DNA of 62,682 nt, filler included, from Platydemus manokwari (Eukaryota): assembly GCA_037951405.1 (NCBI GenBank). It is 6 parts of 6 records of this genome, joined end to end, with 100 filler letters (N's around TTAATTAATTAA, not from the genome) between each part and the next. Parts side by side here need not be neighbours in the genome. Positions count along the whole stretch, not along the records: positions 22,047 to 31,807 come from JBBMOY011208543.1; positions 31,908 to 41,025 come from JBBMOY011296761.1; positions 41,126 to 51,967 come from JBBMOY011101331.1; 3 more parts are not named here. One strand, written 5' to 3'. Positions 26,501-41,300 of the stretch are shown here, piece after piece. A program made the translations under genes and the position numbers. The notes below the pieces were generated by a model, which was given only the letters and a program-made list of their open reading frames with translations, was not told the origin of the DNA and ran no database searches. Position 1 is the first letter of the stretch. Each line of letters opens with the position of its first letter.

Positions 26501-29500
26501 GCAAACCCGGTTTTTCATTATACATATATATAAATATAAATATACTTTTTCCTCCTGTATCTTGTAATTGGATGCGTTTGTGTGTCAATAAATTTATGAA
26601 AATGAATCCTTTTACACACATGCAGATTTGGCAAAGTTTCAACTGAACTTCGCTGCAACTCAATTTCATAGAAAATGAAGCAGTGATTGTGTTGTCAATG
26701 TTAATATCGGAATAGAAATCAATGGGTAATAGAATTCATCAGCCGGTTGGACATGCAGTTAGATAACAGCCGCGAAGATATAGATAGAGATTCAATTGAC
26801 TGACAAATGGTTGAGCAAGGTATCAATATTCGTGTTTCACACAATTGACATGGTGGGAAGCGGTTAGATTCAATAGAAGCTGCATGGGTGGCCGCGACCA
26901 TCTGACAACAAGTGTCAGACCCGATAATCGAGAAGAGGCCGCTTCTCACGATCCTAGACAGGATAAAACGATGTTGTACGGATATGATTTGGCTTAAGAA
27001 GGCGTGTGCTTCTTGAAATTAGAGGCAACGAAAGTATTGAGAGCCAATAATAGGCTTGTCTCTTAATTACTGACGCTGGGATCATCAACATGCAAATATT
27101 ATGATTAATAGGTCTATATTCTGTAGCCAGTTTTACACAACTTCGATTGGTTTTTTCGCTTTTAAATTTATTTTCAACAAAAAAACGATTAGTTTTATTT
27201 GATTATAATTAATAGACTTACATGAGTTTTATTAATTAATTAAATTAATTTTTTTAGTTCTCTGGGAATATATTCCATCAATCAATCAAACTGTGGTTTT
27301 GCGCCACAAAAACACGAAACGGTTCTTTTGCTTCAACAAAAAAGGTCGCCCAACACTGAGGGTAATTTAGTATTTCAAGCTTTTTTAGTCCATTTATTTT
27401 AAAATTTTAAAATTTCAATTTTCAGAAGTTTTATATCATTTAAAAATGGGCGAAAAGTGATAATTATAATATTATCATAGAATTCTACCAAATATTAATA
27501 ATAATCGAATTGTGAAAATATATTATATGCGACGTGGACTTTTCTAGCATACGCTAATAAATACGTTTATAGCTCAATTTACTCTGGATAAATATTAGCA
27601 TAAGATTGAAATAAAAGAAAGATAAAAGCAACATTTTCTTCTCTCAATCAAGTTTATATTAAGAAATAATTTTCCGTATTCATCATTTAAATCTAGAAAT
27701 TTCATTTATATTTTGGATCGAGTTGTTTCTTGCTGTATACATTCAATAGTAAATTCTACTATCAACATAAAATTAATAATTACAAATGTCATCAGTATAA
27801 AAAATAAAGTCAAGTGAAACTTATGAACTATATCATTAAAGTATACTAGGTTAATATTATGTGACAAATACGTTCTGCAAGAGCTCGCATAAAAATTACA
27901 ATTGCAATGGTAAAGCTTAGAATACATTTATCGAAATTTGACTAATAAATATAAACTCTAAAAATGTAATTACTAACCAACATTTATATCCTGATAAGTT
28001 TAAATCTAAAATATTTTAAAACCAAATAAGAGAAACCGTAAAAGTTTTTCTAATGAGTAGATCAAATATAGTTGAAAATTGTTTTGATAAATAATTATTG
28101 AAAATTAGATAGGTTAATTTGATTTATTTTTGGACAGAAAATTCAATATTTCTAATGTCAGATTTCATGAATATAATCACAATAAGTTTCGATTTTTGAA
28201 TATTTTTACATTTTACGTTTCATTTCTCAAAATTTTACCAAAATTTGAATTTTTTATAAAGATTAAAAAAAAATTTCTTTAAATTTATATTAAAAAAAAC
28301 TTTTCATTTAATTTGATATTTAAAATTCCACAATACTACCCAAACGACACCCAAATTAAAACAATGAATTCTGATTAGAAAATTTCAAAAATAATAACAC
28401 TGGGTTGATTTCCTTTTGTACCTCGTTTTCAGTAGAATTTTCTAAATGAGTAAGTAAACCATAAAATCTATTAGCGGCGGAGGATAAAACAAATAAGTAG
28501 GATCTCTTGTTAGATTATTAGATTCATCGTTTCATTGATTGAGTTCTATCAGTGAAAGAATTAATAAAGCATGATTTAAAAAGAATAGGGCTTCTTGTCT
28601 TTGATATTTACGATGAAATTCAATGAGTGGTATGACAAAGAAAAATTCTGGAGATATTTTCGGTTGGATGATTACTAAAAAAAAATCTATTTTTGAAACT
28701 GAATCCTAGAATGAGTCATATTTTTGATGAACTCATGTTTTCGAAGTTGAAAATAATTTCAGTTATAAACATTAAAAAATGGCGATTTCATAGCAGTATT
28801 CTCAATATGAAATAATTATTCCTTAATTTTCTACACAACTAATGACTGAACGTAGAACTTATGTTTTGTTTACAAGTATATGAAGGTATCGATGTATGTA
28901 CATATGGGCATTATTGGAAACCAAAGAAAAAATAATGGAAATGATACCTGGAACAATATTTTTTTTACTAAGTAGATAGTCTACAAATCAATTTTTTGGC
29001 TGATTGCATTATCTATAAATAAGAATATTAACGAGAAAAACAAAACAACTGTCTTCTATAATTACCTTTCATAAATACACATATATAAAGGTCAACTAAA
29101 TTTTACAAGTGATCTTTAAATATTCCACACTCTCTTTTTGACTAGATGCATTGTAAAATATCAACTAACTGTTTTCATCATTGCACAAGACAAGCAGACA
29201 TGCCAGTATATTTAGTACTCGTAACCTAATGTCATGATTATCCGGAAAGTAGTGAAGGACAGTATAAATAATTGCTAATTTGACGTAATTTTGTGACACT
29301 ATATCCGACCTTACTGTGCTATAATGTGTGAATTTTATTTTGTAATAAAAGGATAGAAAGGCAAATCATGTAACGGAATAACAGATTATGTAAAGTTCGG
29401 AAATTAAGACAATAATTAGCGGACATTGACCTAAAACAGAAAATTATGAAAGTTAACGGCTCAGTGTTTCGGAGGATTGCTGTAGCTACAAAACAGCGAA

Positions 29501-31152
29501 CAATTAACAATTTTCTTTATCAACATTGTCGCTTCTGATATACACATCACAACAAAACGATATTTTATGTTTTCTAAAGATGTAGAAGATGAGACAATTT
29601 GTTATAGTTTATCTAGGATTTATAAATTTTATAATAAATTATAAAAAATTTTGATATTGAATTTGGAACAATTTATTTTTGAATATTTCTGCAGATCTAT
29701 GAACAGAACAAAACAATATTTAAATATACTGAAAATAATCAGGCATTATATGATTCGAATGTTTGATTGAAGACTAGATAAAAATGGCTTTTTAAACTTA
29801 TTTATCAACATAATGGAATTATTGATTTTTTGTTATTTGTGAATCATTTTCTACACAATTATTTTCTGAAAAACGACATTGATTTACGACGTAAAATCTT
29901 TATCACCGGATCAGTTTTGATATGCATTAAATTTCTCAAAAAGTCACTGTGACACATGTTTAATTACAACGATTTAATTTCATTTTATAATTGGAAATTT
30001 TAATAATTAGAATATTATTATTATTGTTATTTTTTCTCTGACAAGTAGTGCCTAGAAATCTATTTAAAATAAATCACAAAAATCTACATTAGACAAGTGT
30101 AATTGTTTGATTTACATTTATGCTTTTCGATTAGGAAATGACAGAATTTTCATAAAGATTTTTATCTCTGGTCTGGATTTACCGCGAACATAAACATCAG
30201 TGCTTATTTTAGATAAACTTAATCCGATTAAAATCTAGCACTCCTTTTCAACAGATCAAGAACTAGAATTATTTTGACAACTATACAAGAAAGTTGATAA
30301 GTACTATCAATGAATATTAATAACAGTTAATTAAATAAAAAAAGCTTCGATTCAATGCTATATGCATTTGGTGTGCTAATATATTCATCCGTTTTGCAGT
30401 AATATTTATATATTTCAATAAATTTCTGAAATATGAAATACAAACTCGTTTTATATTACGAATAATAAGATTGGAAAATAGAATTTCGATTTGAAATTAA
30501 ATTGAATTTAATAATTGGAAAATCTTTTTGCATATTTTCATCGCTGAAGATCCAATACTTCATAATTGTTTGAGATACATTTTTATTAGAAGTGTTAGGC
30601 GCTACTATTTTATAAAACACGTTTTGGAAATAAACTGAAAAGTCACGACTCGAAATTATGTATTTAAACAGAATTATATAAACAAATTAAAATTATTTTA
30701 TATAAAATTAAATCTTTGAAAATTTAATTCAATTAAAAATTCTCACAAAAATTAAAAGTAAAATTTTATACAATTTTCATTGAATTTTCAATTCAAATAA
30801 ATTCAATACATAAAAATTATCCTAAATGATTTTTGTCTTAGTTTATTTGGTATTCGTTTCAGAAAAAGATCAATTCTAATCTCTGTCACCTCAGTATTCA
30901 ACATACCCAATCCCATGTCAGGATTCTTTTAAAAAATCACTCATGGTACGTAGCATTTTGTCGAAATGGCTTTCCTCTCACATATCGCAGAAAAAATTCC
31001 AAATGCAATTCAAGTAAATCTGTTTTCTTTTCTTTCAAACTATGTCAGTCTCTACCTCCGGTTTGCCTCTCAAAATGCAAAGGCTATCCTTTTCGATCAA
31101 CTTCCACTTGTCCGACGTTCTGTCAACATTTGCTTGTATGTTCTAATTACAG

Positions 31153-31410
31153 AGTTCCCAAACGTGTCGTACATAATTCTGGAGCTCAACGGATTTTGGC
31201 TTTAATCAGAAAGATGCGACAAAGATAATATACTTTTTACAACGCAATTTCTACCTCCAGTGAAGATTATGTCTTTGTGTTAAAATTTTTAAGTTCCGAA
31301 ACGTGTCGTAAAGAAGAGTTCTGGAGCTCAATTTGACATAATTTTAATCAGAATATGACTAAGATAATATACTTTTTTGACAGTCTTTTCTACCTCCATA
31401 GAAAATATTC
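31153..31410 (+). repeat. Diverged ~140-bp tandem duplication
   Basis: AGTTCC.AAACGTGTCGTA..TTCTGGAGCTCAA..TTTAATCAGAA..AAGATAATATACTTTTT..TTTCTACCTCCA occurs twice. Confidence 0.8.
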
Positions 31411-32951
31411 ACAGTGCCTAGAAATATATCAAAATTTAATCTTATATATTGAATGTTTGATTATTTTGTATCAGTTTTTGTGATTTTCACTTTTAATATC
31501 AATTTGGTACTAATCGATTGATATAATTTTTGTCTGTTGTAGTCATCGAACAAGGATTATAAACTGCACCATTTATTTCTAATATACTTTCTTGTATTGT
31601 GTTTTATAATTTATCATATAATATTTCTCATATTACAATGCGGTACATTATATATGATAATATTACTGTCGTTACATAAGTAGTTATAGAACCATAATTT
31701 TACTTTTGTTACATTCTGGCGATTCGAACATCAAACCATTTCATTTTGTTGTTTTTAGACTTTAAAATAAGAATAACTATAATAAATGGTATGAATGAAT
31801 CATCAGTNNNNNNNNNNNNNNNNNNNNNNNNNNNNNNNNNNNNNNNNNNNNTTAATTAATTAANNNNNNNNNNNNNNNNNNNNNNNNNNNNNNNNNNNNN
31901 NNNNNNNAATATAATAAGCTGGAATTGCAAATTAATAACACATTATTGATAAATACACGATTAATTAGGGGATATTGTGATATGGAAGCAGAAATTTTTG
32001 AATATCGGTTCACACGGTCATTCGAAAAGGGATAATGATGTTGTGAAATTTGATCAATTCAATACCCTATTCGAAATTGAAATAAATAATAGGAAACCGG
32101 TCTAACAGGGGATTTCTTGTTGGGATTGTCTTCAATTTCATAATGGTAGACTTAAAAACAGAATAATGTTTAACAATATTAGTTGCACTATGGTTTATTG
32201 ATTTTGCAGATGACGATTAAAACATATGGTCTAATTAATGTACTGGTTTGGGTAATTATTATTCTCCTATCAAATAGTCATTTTAATTGGTTAGCTTTAT
32301 GATTCAACATTGAATGCACTTGCACTTTATCAGTCTCCACCATCAGTTTCTTCATGGCCGTACGTATCTCACTATCTATGAGTTCATGAAGAAAATCATT
32401 AATTAAATAAGCGTTAATATCATTGATCTGATATTATCATAGACTTTATTCTAATAAATTCTCTCACCTCGCAAATTATTATTGATTTTTAATCAGTTTG
32501 ACTTAACCAAATCAAAACGAAAACCATTTCCGGCCAAATTAATAAATCGGAATTCCCGAACACCTATGGTTTGTATGGGTTTATCATCAAGAAATTGACA
32601 TTTAAAATCGAATATAAATATTTGCGCTTTACTTTCACATGTGTGTTGAGATTGAGGAAAAAATAGTTTCCCTTTGACTCATACAAGTCTCGATTAATTT
32701 CCGGAGAAATTTTTACTTCATTACCTATGACATTGTGGCTTAATCACATATTCCTATATTGCTGCTACTCTACTTTATTGATATTACTCTTACACTGTAT
32801 CAATAGGATATTCATTAAGTTCCATTGAGAAGCTGTCATTTTAATTAATTCTATTACAATACATACCCGATTCTCATTGAGAACATATTGATTTTTTTTC
32901 TATAATTATTGATTATCAATATTATATGCATCATATTATAATGAATTTCAG

Positions 32952-35900
32952 TGGATTCGGATTTGTGACATTTATCGACTATTCAACAATTGAAACTATT
33001 CTGCTCAATTCTCCTCATTTTTTGGATTCCAAAAAAGTAAGACCATTGATTGATGACAAATATTTTCAGACAAAAAAATATTCATTCGAAAAATTCTAAT
33101 CCATCTCAAGATCGTTATAAGCGATAAAAATTAATTTGTCAAATCGACAGTCAGTGAGAGACGGAATTAAATGAAGAATAATAATAAAAAAAAAACAAAA
33201 AAACTTTTTCGTGAATTTCATTTTCATATTTATTATCACATTATCAGAGACTGATATCATAATTCTTCTTTAGATTGATCCGAAAATTGCGATTCCAAAG
33301 AAACCGGATCTAATTGATAAAGTGAGTTTTTATAATTAGTTTTCCACAAATATTTCAGAAAGCGAATCAATGGAGAAGACTGCAAGTCAAATTGCACTTT
33401 TTCAATGATTTGATAATAGCAATTCACTTGAATAAAAATGTCCTGGTGCTTGCATTCTATGATTATGTTTTATTTGAAATGTCTAATAATTATCTCTATT
33501 ATTTAATCATAGAACGATAACAAATTATAAAATAAATAAAATTTTTACGATTGTTTAAATCAAGCAGTAATTCACGCAGAAATTTATATTAAATTAAAAT
33601 TAATTTATATTAGAAAAACAACTTTCAAGTTGTCAGCCGATACTATTTTTTTAAAATACTGAAAATGAACTGAAAAGTCACGATACCAAATAATCTTCAA
33701 TAATGTTTTCAATATTAATAAAATTTTAATAATATTTTTGAAGTTAGAAAACGTCCAATAAAACACTAATTTTTGAAATACAATTTCGTTCCGTTATTCA
33801 GTTTTTGTTCTATTTCCACAATTTTTTAATAAATTTAAATAATTTTTTATTAAATGGAATCTGTTTAGAGAGCAAGACTCAAATAACTTCGCAACTACTT
33901 AACTCAAATCCTTATATTACTATTTTTAAAAAATGATCTGTTCATAGATTTGAATGAAAATCGCTGGTTTTAATACACCCAACAAATTGATATCACAATA
34001 ATAAATACAAACACTTAAATAACCAATCAACAGTAACAATCAAATTGTCAACAAACTCATCATCCTATAAAAAGCTTCCAAACCTTAAAATAATCATCAA
34101 AAAGCTTGAGTCAGATTAAACAAAGATTCAGAATGTCACAACAAATGATAATTAAATATGACTCATCAAATCTATACACAGATTTTTGGCTACTCTCGGT
34201 GGATTGGCCAATGTTTTTTATTGGTTGATTATTTAATGATTCTTATCGATTCGCTTTCACATTTCGGATACTCATCTTCATTTATATTGTCATTTAACTG
34301 TGATCTTGTGAACTCTTATTTGATTGGAGCTTAATGGAACTTATATAGTTTATAAAGGACAATAAAGTCTTTTTGTTATTATTTAGTGCTTTGTTAATTT
34401 ATTTAAAATGTTTAATTTGAATTTAAACAATGTTTTAAAAATGTGCATATGAATGCAATTAAATATAAGATTTATATTAAATTTATTTTCATCAAATTAA
34501 TTATGAGATAAATTGATAGGAAATCAATCAAATTTCCTTATTGATTTCAAACTATCAAGTCGGTCCAGATACTGTGTTGAAGAAGATAAAAATCTAAATA
34601 TCGGCACATCAGTAAATAAAAATATTTAAAACTTTTTGTCCTTTATCATTAATTATTTTAAATACCCACTAAAAATTTTCAAATTTATATTAAAATTTAC
34701 TGGAAATTGGATTGTTTATTTGAAGTTTTAAATTTAGAATATTTTTTTATGTTTAATTCTTTCTTCGTCCTCTATTGGTTTAAAAACTTCAGAGAATTCC
34801 AACTGATGTTTTAAGCTAGCCTGAATAATTATTACGGTGCTTTCTTCGAGAATCATTGACTACGTTGATAATTTCATATCAACTAAAAACATGAATTCAT
34901 AAACGTAACTTTCTTAGAAGACTCTTAAGCTAATAATGAATTCCTTTGTAATTTTTATTCTTAATAAATGGTTCGCTTTTTTTAGAAAGTCAGACTTTTT
35001 GTAATAAAATTATGAAATAGGTTTGAAAATTAATCTTTCCCCTAATACTGTTAACACATTTATTATTTCTAAATAACTAGTTTTATCTTATTAATTTTCT
35101 ATATACTTGGTTGATTAGAAGTAGCATTATTAATTAAAAATTTATTTAAATTATTTAAATTATTGGAATTAACCAATCAAGATATTTTTTGGATTCCTTA
35201 TTAAAAGACGCATAATCTTGCTTAAAGTTAGATACCATGAAAGACGGATCATTGTTGTCGATAGTCTGCTATTTTAAAGGCTGTGGTAGGTGTGAGTTCT
35301 TTGTCATGTTGTATATGACTTCTAATTGTTTGAATTATCCACACTATGTTCAAAGACTTTTGTTGGTAAAATTTTATCTTTCATAATTGTCCTTTAGTGC
35401 GTTTTTTTCAGTTGACATGCACTGTTGGTAAGCCATTGGCAATTTAAAGATCACTGATTGCCTACTGCCATGATTCTTATCATGTCTGTTTTACATTTAC
35501 TAAAACGACTTTTCAGTCATAAAGAACTTCAAAACTAATCAACCAAAATTAAGTCAATCGATTTTTGAACGAATTTAAAAACTGCTGACAAGCATTAAAT
35601 TAAAATATGTCATTAGCACTGGAGTAGAACCCACAATTGAAAGTTAAAACTTGATCTAGGATTTTTTTTATTGGTGAACGTATCTCTAGGACATATATTT
35701 TATTATTTTTCTATATTATTAAAGTGGCCATCGTTACGTTACTGTTATTGATTATTATTAATATTAGTTTTTTGTCTTTATGCGCAATAACATAGTCTTA
35801 GCAATTAAATCTTTTTATTTTGTTTTAATGAGAGCATAATAGTACACAGCTCTGTATTCATTGTGTAAGCCACTATCTTATAAAGCATGGGTACAAAACG

Positions 35901-38316
35901 AACTGAAAACTGGTGAAACCAAATTGTATTTTAATTACAATTTTTCAAACAAAAAAAATATCATATAAAAATCGTATAAAAATCGTATAAAAAATATAGA
36001 AAATTTTAATTCATTATAAATTCCTACATTCATCTTTCTTTAAAATCTTTCATTTTCTCTGAATTCGTATTTTTCTCTGTATCAAAGTCTCTAGGTATTT
36101 ATCTATACAAAATTTTCAATTTCTTCTCGAGTTTATATTTTCTTTAGATCTCATTTATATTTTTTATATCTTCTTTATCTTTTCACTTTTTCTTCTCTAT
36201 ATCTTCTATGCAACTTCGTTATATATTTAAGGCTTTTATGTATCTTTCTATTGCTCTTCTACACTACCATGCCATAGACATTCTCAGAATCTAATCCAAA
36301 CGTGTAGTCGCTATGAAAGCCATAACTATTTTATAAATTACATGTTAAAAACGAACGGAAAAGTCATGACATCAAATTATAGTCTATTTACAATTATTTT
36401 AAAAAATAAATATTCTATAAAAATTTGACTATTACATTATTTTTTAATTTCAATTCATTATAAATCCTCACACATTTAATTAAGCACATCATGTAATTTT
36501 TTTGAATATTCGTGATGCTTATCAATAAGATTCCAAGTTTAAAAACAGCCCATTTATTTATCTTGTTATCGAAGAAAACAAATTGAGTAATACCTGTTAA
36601 AGATATTTTTACTCTCTATTCAATGATTCGACTTTTAAATGAGCGATTAATAATTTATGAGTTATCATAAATATTGAAAACAATCTATCCACGAAGACTT
36701 AATGAAGATTGATTAGATTATAGATGGCTCTCCATTAATTGGCCTAAATTTGAGATAAACTATGTGAGCGACATGAAGATAAGTCATGGATGTAGTTCCT
36801 TTTGTAAATTATATCGATTATGGTCTGGAAAAAGTTAGGGAGATAATGGATTCCCGTCTTCATTTTTAAGCGGTTATTATGTGCAGTAACGTTGAAACTA
36901 TTTTTTATCTTTTATAAAATTAAAAAAATAGTTAATTATTGAAATATTGTTGATAAGTGTTAAATTATTAGGAAATTATTCAGGAAAATTGTTCAACAAT
37001 CAATCCGGTTCGGTATCTTTCAAGTTGCCGCATGGCCTCAACTTTTTTCAATAAGCTCTGCAATCATGATTGTATTAATAACGGTTTTTTATTGTACCAC
37101 CACGATAAACACCGGAATATTTCACTTATCGATTTCAATTCATTTTACTGATGTTGTTTTTCTTCAATGTGAAATATTTTCAAAACGATTATCGATATAA
37201 AGTCAGATGAAACTAGTTATCCAGGATAAATTGCAAACACTTTACATGGATAATATGGATAAGATGGATACAATGATTGTTACAAATCAAAAACAAGATC
37301 CATTTGTCACTTTAGTTATTTTTAAATTTATTTATTTGAACTTCCTAAGACAGCTCGATGATTAGAAATAGATTTTACAAGATCGAAAGAAAAATTGTTT
37401 GTTTATGTGTTAAATAATCAAGAATTAAATTTAATTGTATTTATATTTATAAAATCAAATTTTAAAATATTTATTGTAGCATGATTACAATGCATTTTCA
37501 AAACGTTAATATTTTAATCTGTGGTTTTAGTAAAATAAATTTAACTAATTGCCAAACACGAACTCTTAAATAATATAATGTGTATACTAATAACTTAATA
37601 AATATTGTTATGATTATTATAAGCATAAATTATTATTTTTAAATTTTACTATTGCATTAGGTTTATATTTCATTTATAAATTCGGATAATTATATTTAAA
37701 TTACCACAATTGACTATAATAGTATTTAAACAAATGGCATGTAAGTGAGCTTTTAAAATTTTAATCTGGGAATTTTTATAAATTTTGAAAATATTTAATT
37801 ATAAAATGAAGCCTTAACAATTAATTTTAACTATGTTCAGAATAATCATTAATCATCTGAAATTATATTTAAATTATTTCAGTTTTTTTAACAATTCATA
37901 ACCATATAAACATTATAATTAAGCCATTATCATTACAATCAATTTTTCATTATTTTATTACAAGTCGTTTATTGAACTTTAGACAAAAAACTTGTGTATA
38001 AATCTGTTAAGAACTCCTAGATTAGCTAGCATTATTTGTTCCGATTGCTGGCAATTAGAATCGAATGATAACTGCAATAAGAATACTCGTGAGACTTGTA
38101 ATTAATTATGATTTTCTTCAGCAAATTAATATCGATAAAACCAGAAAGGTGTTCATCGGGGGCTTATCTAACAACACGGTTCAAAAGGATCTGGAAAATT
38201 TCTTCGGAAAATATGGAAAAGTTGAATCGCTTAATTTAGTTATGATATAGTTAAAATTTGATTACAGATAGAATCTTGTGAACTGATGATGGACAAATCA
38301 ACTAATCGTCACCGAG
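32952..38316 (+). CDS. msi: Musashi-like RRM protein, internal exons only: 32952-33036, 33274-33321, 38122-38220, 38268-38316
   Basis: Spliced frame (R)[28 protein letters not shown]|[16 protein letters not shown]|[33 protein letters not shown]|[17 protein letters not shown]. The H.LDSK.IDPK.A.P and DK.TNRHRG motifs and the intron positions are Musashi-type. 5' and 3' exons not found in this segment. Confidence 0.85.
35860..36470 (+). repeat. Dispersed repeat family (~450-bp unit, tandem here); other copies ~8470-8525(+), 30597-30680(+), 33635-33700(+), 41600-41925(-), 43580-43652(-)
   Basis: Shared core AAGCCGCTACTATTTTATAAA..AAAACGAACTGAAAAGTCACGAC..AAATTAT. 36263-36400 matches the reverse complement of 41640-41760 (CATAGAC.TTCTCAG.ATC.AATCCAAA). 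Confidence 0.75.
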
Positions 38317-41300
38317 GTTTTTCATTTCAAATTATTATTTCAACCATTAATATTACTTTATTACTATTATAATTACTTCTATTATTCTCATTTCTATGAT
38401 TTCATTCATAGTTATTGTCATTGTTGTACTTATATTTCTAAAGCCAAAAATGCTCATTACACTTTTAGTTATCTGATTGAAAGACTGGTCGTGCTTTATT
38501 CTTGATAATTACATATATTTTACACTAATATGACATCAAAGATCGGCACAAGACAGAATAAAAGTAAAGTGATCAAAGATTTATTTTTTTCAAGAAAAGG
38601 AAAGTACCAAGTATTTATTTAAATAAACGAATGTTTCTTTGAACTCTTTACTTGTAATCGAACATTATCAAATTAAATATCTAACTCGAATATCTTACTT
38701 TTAGCATATTTTTTACACTGACAATTAATGAAAATTCCTATTAAATTAAGTTTTGCTTTTATTATCATATTATTCGCTGCTAGTAATGGGCTTGAATAGA
38801 TTATTTGATGACAAACCATTGGAATGATTAAAAAATCTAATGAATGATTTTTCAGAGTCAAAATAAAGATTAATTCTTAGTTTTACTGAAATTGATCACT
38901 TGTGAATATCAAAGTAGTCTACAAATAACAGCTGGATTAAATGATATTCCGCGATAACTAAAATGCTTATCTAAATCACAACTCTACGGAATAGTTATCA
39001 AATATTTTGTGTAAGACGAATGAAAATACTTAAATGTAAAATAACAAAAAATCTGACAACACAAGTGCATAGATGGCAAGGATCCGAAAAGTTGGACGAA
39101 AGTCAGATGCAAAAGAATAGTCGATTAATTAAAATATGCTAATATTATTAGAGTTTGTGCAATTCAAAATTATATAATATAATTTTATATTTTTATAAAA
39201 ATGAAAATTAATTAATAAATCTCCCTGTTAAAAATTGTGCATCTACTATAACTCCCTTTTGTATTTTTAGTTTAAGAATTATAACACTCACTCCCTCCAA
39301 TAACTGGTGTGTGAAAATTTTCTCATTTATTCGATTATTAAAAATTATACTTCATGTGAATTTTTACACTCATACCTTAAGTTACTTTCAATATATTTTT
39401 AGAATTTTCTATATTTTATTATTCTGTTTAATTATTTATTATTTTGTACTAATATTGTTATTATTATTTCATTTTACTGTCTTATTATTTATTATATTTT
39501 GATTTTTCATAATCTCATTCTTTTTAGTTTATTACTTATTATTTACTGTTTTAATTATACGTTGCATATTTCAATAAACCCTTTTACACTTTCACAGAAT
39601 TTATCCATCATTCAAAATTATAATCAACTAAATTTTATTTTTTACTACTTCTAACAATCACACCAAACATAATCAAACATATATTTATAGAACAACACCA
39701 ACACTTCGTTGGTAACAAAATATTATTACCGAAATACCAAGTATCAAAATCAAATATTTTAATATAAGGATATCAAGTGCTACGATCAATTGTTTTATCA
39801 ATCAGATTTTGAAACACAGCGTTGAATGTTATTGGAATTTATCATTTCAGAATTTCTAACTTTAAGACTGAGAGATTAGTGGTTGGGCAATGTTTTGGGA
39901 ATATGTGTGTGTTTGGGGAATTGGAAGTTAATGAATTGGTTGGATACTGATTTTTGAAGGGCCCATGTACCGGAATTTGGGACTTTTTGTAGAGTCTGCC
40001 ATTAAACTTCTCTTAATTATAAATCCTCAGATTTTGACAACAAATTCGCCAATTTATTTATACTATTTTTTGTCAAATTCATACAATTACTTTCGCAACA
40101 AGTTTCCTTCTATAGTTCAATTTCATATGACTTACAATTACCTTTTCCAAATTTAGTTGTCTCTATAATATTCTCTGAATAATTGAAACTTTTACATCGG
40201 TGTTTGCGATACTTAAAGTAGCATCCTTCTAGCTATTGTATTAGATTAACAATTTGCTTAAAAAGTCATTTATTATTATTCTTTCTTGAACACTATTTAT
40301 TGTTTACGTGTTAGTCATCATCTCTAAATAATATTTAGTTCTAACTGTACTCTAATTATCATTAACACTAACATAATTACACAATAGCAAATATTAATAA
40401 AAATAGCTAATAAGAAAAATATTATGATAATCAAAAATAATAATCATACGTTTTATAGTAATTTATAATATTTATAATAGTTGTAGTATTATTTATAAAA
40501 AAAATTAAAAAATAAGACAAAAAACTATTACAACAATCATAATGATAATGATAATAATAAGAATTATAGCAAGAATTCCACACCTTTTTAAGCAAAGGTA
40601 AACTTTCTGAACCCTATCTTGTATGTAGATATTTGTCTGGTATATTCTTTTTATACGGTGTGTTTCCTGAACGAAGCTTTTAAATTCTAACAGGCATTTC
40701 ATCGATAAACCGGCTGCTAAATTCTTTCTATTTCCCCTGCAAGACTTTGAATGCGTGATTAAATAATTCGTTTACAAATTGATTCAAATAGGAGATAATT
40801 CCGCTCGGATTTATTGTCTTTTCCTAAACTATAAGATTATATTTAAGTATTCTAAAGAAATCTATGGGAATATTGATCTTAGTAATATTGGGTCTATAAC
40901 TTAATAACCGGAATTTGACACCAGATGTAAACACTTGTGTGTGTGCTATAGCAAATCATTAACATACACGTCATTTTGAAGCTCTATTCATAAGCTATCA
41001 AAATCAGTCAACATTGTTTGATTTGNNNNNNNNNNNNNNNNNNNNNNNNNNNNNNNNNNNNNNNNNNNNTTAATTAATTAANNNNNNNNNNNNNNNNNNN
41101 NNNNNNNNNNNNNNNNNNNNNNNNNTGGAAGATTTTTTAACTTATTTTTACTTTTAATTATATTTCTTTCAAATTTTATGAAAGATAATTTTGAATTAAA
41201 ACCTGCAAAAGAATAACCTAACAGTTTTAAACTAAAATTTGGAAATATTCTTTTGTTCGTGGTTTGATAAATGTTTCCAACGTTATTAAAATAAATGTCT

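Noticed and set aside
27290-27358. hAT-like end GGTCGCCCAACACTG (also TTTGCCACACCTG at ~23041)
   Set aside because: No partner TIR or TSD found.
30135-30195. KIFISGLD, an RNP2-like motif, as a possible first Musashi exon
   Set aside because: Followed by an in-frame TAA with no donor; lies across a linker.
38221-38276. Intron start (VES) mimics the next exon start (IES), suggesting intron gain by duplication
   Set aside because: This intron position is typical of Musashi genes and the similarity is only ~6 nt.
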